Shown in pieces: positions 57,710-64,000 of a stretch of DNA of 64,000 nucleotides. Origin of the DNA: Amoebidium appalachense (lineage: Eukaryota; Protista; Ichthyosporea). The translations under genes and the position numbers were made by a program. The stretch spans positions 6,522,889 to 6,586,888 of the forward strand of contig CAVNZM010000012.1 in assembly GCA_963693365.1 (NCBI GenBank), written 5' to 3'. Every line of letters begins with the position of its first letter. Positions within the stretch are counted from its first letter, which is position 1. Under the pieces are notes generated by a model. It worked only from the letters and a program-made list of their open reading frames with translations, did no database searches and was not told the DNA's origin.

Positions 57710-58694
57710 GGGCCTGTTTGGCAACGCGGAGTTACGAACTCCGGCGTAGACAGTATACGCCGGGTATCAAATCAGTATCCAGATTCTGATTTGTAATCCG
57801 GATTTAGGTCAAAACCTGGCGTAGATAATAACCGCTCGTGCCAAACAGACAACACTTTTTTCAGCTGCAGCTTAGTTTATCAAGTCACATTGCGCAAGTT
57901 TTACGTTGATCGGAGTGCGCATACTTTGCACGTATATCGTACCTAGGACTCAGTACTATTTTTTTTGTAGTGACTGTGCAGTGTCCCGTATGTATGTATT
58001 TGTATACACTGTAATGATACCATTTGCATATATAACAACATCAACGTTTCCGGTTGCAAAACCACTATGTATTTAGCACGAAACATGGCCCTTTCGGCCG
58101 CAATTGCAGCAATTGCATTCTTTGCTTCCCCCTACAGGCATCCTGTCGGTTCAGACAATCTTGACCGATGTGCAAACGATTGTCTAATGGTAAAAAAAAG
58201 GTTGCCTACAAGTTGGCCGCGAAGAGGAAGAATAGTTGAGGGGGGGCTTGTTTTTATACGACCTACCACACGTGGCCGGCTGTGTGTGGCTGTGTCGCAG
58301 CCTGCGCTCGGGCTGTCGCAGGCTCACCAGCAAGCTGGCCATGCCGGTGACAACGGACTTTCCGTTTGGCGTCTTTTCCACTTTAACTGTGTTTGGCTAT
58401 ATTGCACTGCCGCCAATTGGCCGAGAGAGAAATGTAAAAAGGTCTCACGACATGAATTTTCATTGGTTTAGACCTTCACACGGCGTTCAATTTCGCGCAT
58501 AATCCACCTCCGGAGGTGGATTATAGAAATTGGAGTACAAGCGATGTCCAAGGGGTTTGAAACCCGGCGTACACAGGCCCAGATTGGGCCGTCTGTTTGG
58601 CATCGCGGATTTCAGAAAATCCGCTTTAGCCCTAACTCCAAAATCGATCTTACTCCGGAGTATGGCCGCTAACTCCGCGTTGCCAAACAGGCCC
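57710..58694. mobile_element. PIF/Harbinger (Tourist-like) MITE, 985 bp
   Basis: Perfect 25-bp TIRs GGGCCTGTTTGGCAACGCGGAGTTA (57710-57734) and its reverse complement (58670-58694); TAA at 57707-57709 and 58695-58697; no transposase ORF. Confidence 0.9.
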
Positions 58695-59189
58695 TAAGAA
58701 GGGTGACAGACTACCACTCTAACAAAATTTCAAATTTAAATTTCAAGTTTCGCGAAATAGCAAATTTCAAATAGCTATTGAAAGCGGCCCTATACCTGTA
58801 TTAATCTGGTGGTATTAATTTTTTAATAAAATATAGAATTAATAGAAGTAGGCATGAGGAGGAAAAGAAGCACGAATCTTTTGAAAATAGCTGTTCATAA
58901 TAGTTTGGGGTTATCTTGGAAGTTGGACTAGTGTTTGGGTTTGAATTTATTTTACAAGAGTCGAGGAGATCAAAACAACGCTTTCATCGTGATCCTCTTG
59001 ATTGGACGTCAGCGCACCGCTCTAAACCCAAAGCATTCATGCTAGTGGGTGTCCTTTCTGTTCTATTTCCAATTTTTGAAAATTTTCACTTCTCGAAAGT
59101 AGATGGATATTTGTCACGGAATTTGCCTCAACCTGCCTTAAAACTCAAGCCAAACCAACTTTCTGATACAAATTTTAAGTAAAAAACGC

Positions 59190-59370
59190 GTAGGCATCCT
59201 TTGGCGGCTCCCTTGCTGAGTGTTTTTGGTCTCCCTCCGGCGCGCCAGCGTATGAATGAATTAGGACTTCGCTTTTGTTTTCATTTGGTTAGGCTTCCTT
59301 CTTATCATCCTTTGTTGCGAAATGTCCTATCCCCAATCTCTCTCCCATTCCGAGATATCCTTTTAAATAC
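59190..59370 (+). pseudogene. Possible LINE thumb/connection remnant
   Basis: FGLPPARQRMNELGLRFCFHLVRLPSYHPLL resembles the LINE pattern glpp..R...l...f..l..lp..Hp; short. Confidence 0.3.
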
Positions 59371-60253
59371 TTATCTCCTTTATTTTTCTCTTCTACTAGT
59401 TATCAGCAGTATGTTACTTGGTTTCATACTCAATATCCTTTGCTTCATCGTTGTGATAATTATAAAGAGTATGATCATGGTAGGGCTCTTGAGCCTGTGC
59501 TTCTTTTTATATTAGAGACTCGTCTATTTTCTTTACAATCGTTGTGTAAATTAGCTACTTATATTTATCCTTCCTCTCGTAAACCTACCACACACCGATT
59601 TTGCAATTCTAACCCCTCCTTGTGACATAGCTTGGAAATGTTTATTTTGGCGCTGTAACCTCTGTTTCCATAAATGTTTGTGCCACTTTTGTGCAGAACC
59701 TTTTTCTCGTAAACACTTGGATAGATGTATTTATTTATCTCAGATTATTCCGTAGAAATTAGAAGACTGGCTTATTTAGATAATCCTGCTATTAAGTCTA
59801 TTGACTATCTGTTGAACCACGGTACGTTTAATGAGTTTTCTAGGGTGTATAATTATCTAAGTCGTTATCTCCTCCGTATCCGAGAGTGAGGGCTTTTCGT
59901 ATTTTTTCTTTTGACTCGGGTTTATTTTCTTCTCCGAGATATCGGTGATATCTCGATGGCTTCTATTTTGCTGAGCATATCAATAAAGTCATTATAAAAA
60001 TAAAAAAAAGCATATACTAAACTTTTTTAAGCCCCACACCCACATCGATGAGGGGGGATCCCGGATCGCTCCGCTAGTGCCCAGATGTATTCTCGTTTCG
60101 TTTCACTTTCTTTGACCAGTAGGAAAAGAAACGGAGAGTGTGGGATCTCCCCTCGTGTTTCCAGCCTTTGTTCGTTCTTGCTACTTACTTTTTCGTCTGT
60201 TTTGGTTAAGGTGCGGTGTGGTGCTGTGTGCAAGCGCACGGTCGAAAGCAAAC

Positions 60254-63552
<3,299 letters not shown>

Positions 63553-63627
63553 GTATGTGACCTCTTTTCACTTGGAGCTTTTTTTTTTGTTGGTATGAAA
63601 ACATTTTTTGTTTTATTTTATTTTATT

Positions 63628-63658
<31 letters not shown>

Positions 63659-63908
63659 TTTTTTTTTTTTGGGGGGGGGGGGGGGGGGGGCTGCTGTTTT
63701 TCACAGTTTAGTTTCCCTTTTGTCCAAAACTTCGTCGGTTATTTGAAGGGGTTGCGCTGGTTTGCTTTGATTTTTTTCTAGTTTTTGCATCTGAAAAAAT
63801 AACTGATTGATTCTTCCGCCTGTCCTCATTTTTTCTATTCAGTACATGGTTTGTTCCATTTTATTTTCCTCAATTGAGACGTAAACAGCCCCCCTCCCCC
63901 CTCCCCCC

Positions 63909-63966
<58 letters not shown>

Positions 63967-64000
63967 CTTTGGTCTCAAATCCGACCTTTCCTTGCCAAGA

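Overview
Eukaryotic DNA from an intron-rich genome (protein style suggests a unicellular opisthokont; this is inference). Introns and intergenic DNA are full of poly(C)/poly(G), (CA)n/(GT)n and (CT)n tracts, which generate most ORFs in the supplied track; those ORFs are noise. Joining GT-AG exons by hand gives, in order: the 3' part of a TtcA-like tRNA thiouridylase/thiocytidylase (+); a single-exon ORF combining a degenerate retropepsin-like domain with a MYND finger (+); N-acetylglucosamine-6-phosphate deacetylase (+, 6 exons); a bacterial-type monofunctional proline dehydrogenase (-, 2 exons); a secreted thioredoxin-fold protein lacking CxxC (+, 5 exons); a decayed non-LTR retrotransposon; a BET double-bromodomain/ET gene (-, about 13 exons); a Ty1/Copia fragment with an inverted 5' piece; a PIF/Harbinger-type MITE with 25-bp TIRs and TAA target duplication; and the first 3 exons of glucosamine-6-phosphate deaminase (+). 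The most notable unexplained signal is a ~250-nt intronic element present five times, always sense to its host gene, with nested 5' truncations, a shared 3' end abutting poly(C), and compensatory base changes in predicted stems. A second signal is the intron architecture: (CA)n running up to the acceptor AG, and complementary G- and C-blocks within single introns.
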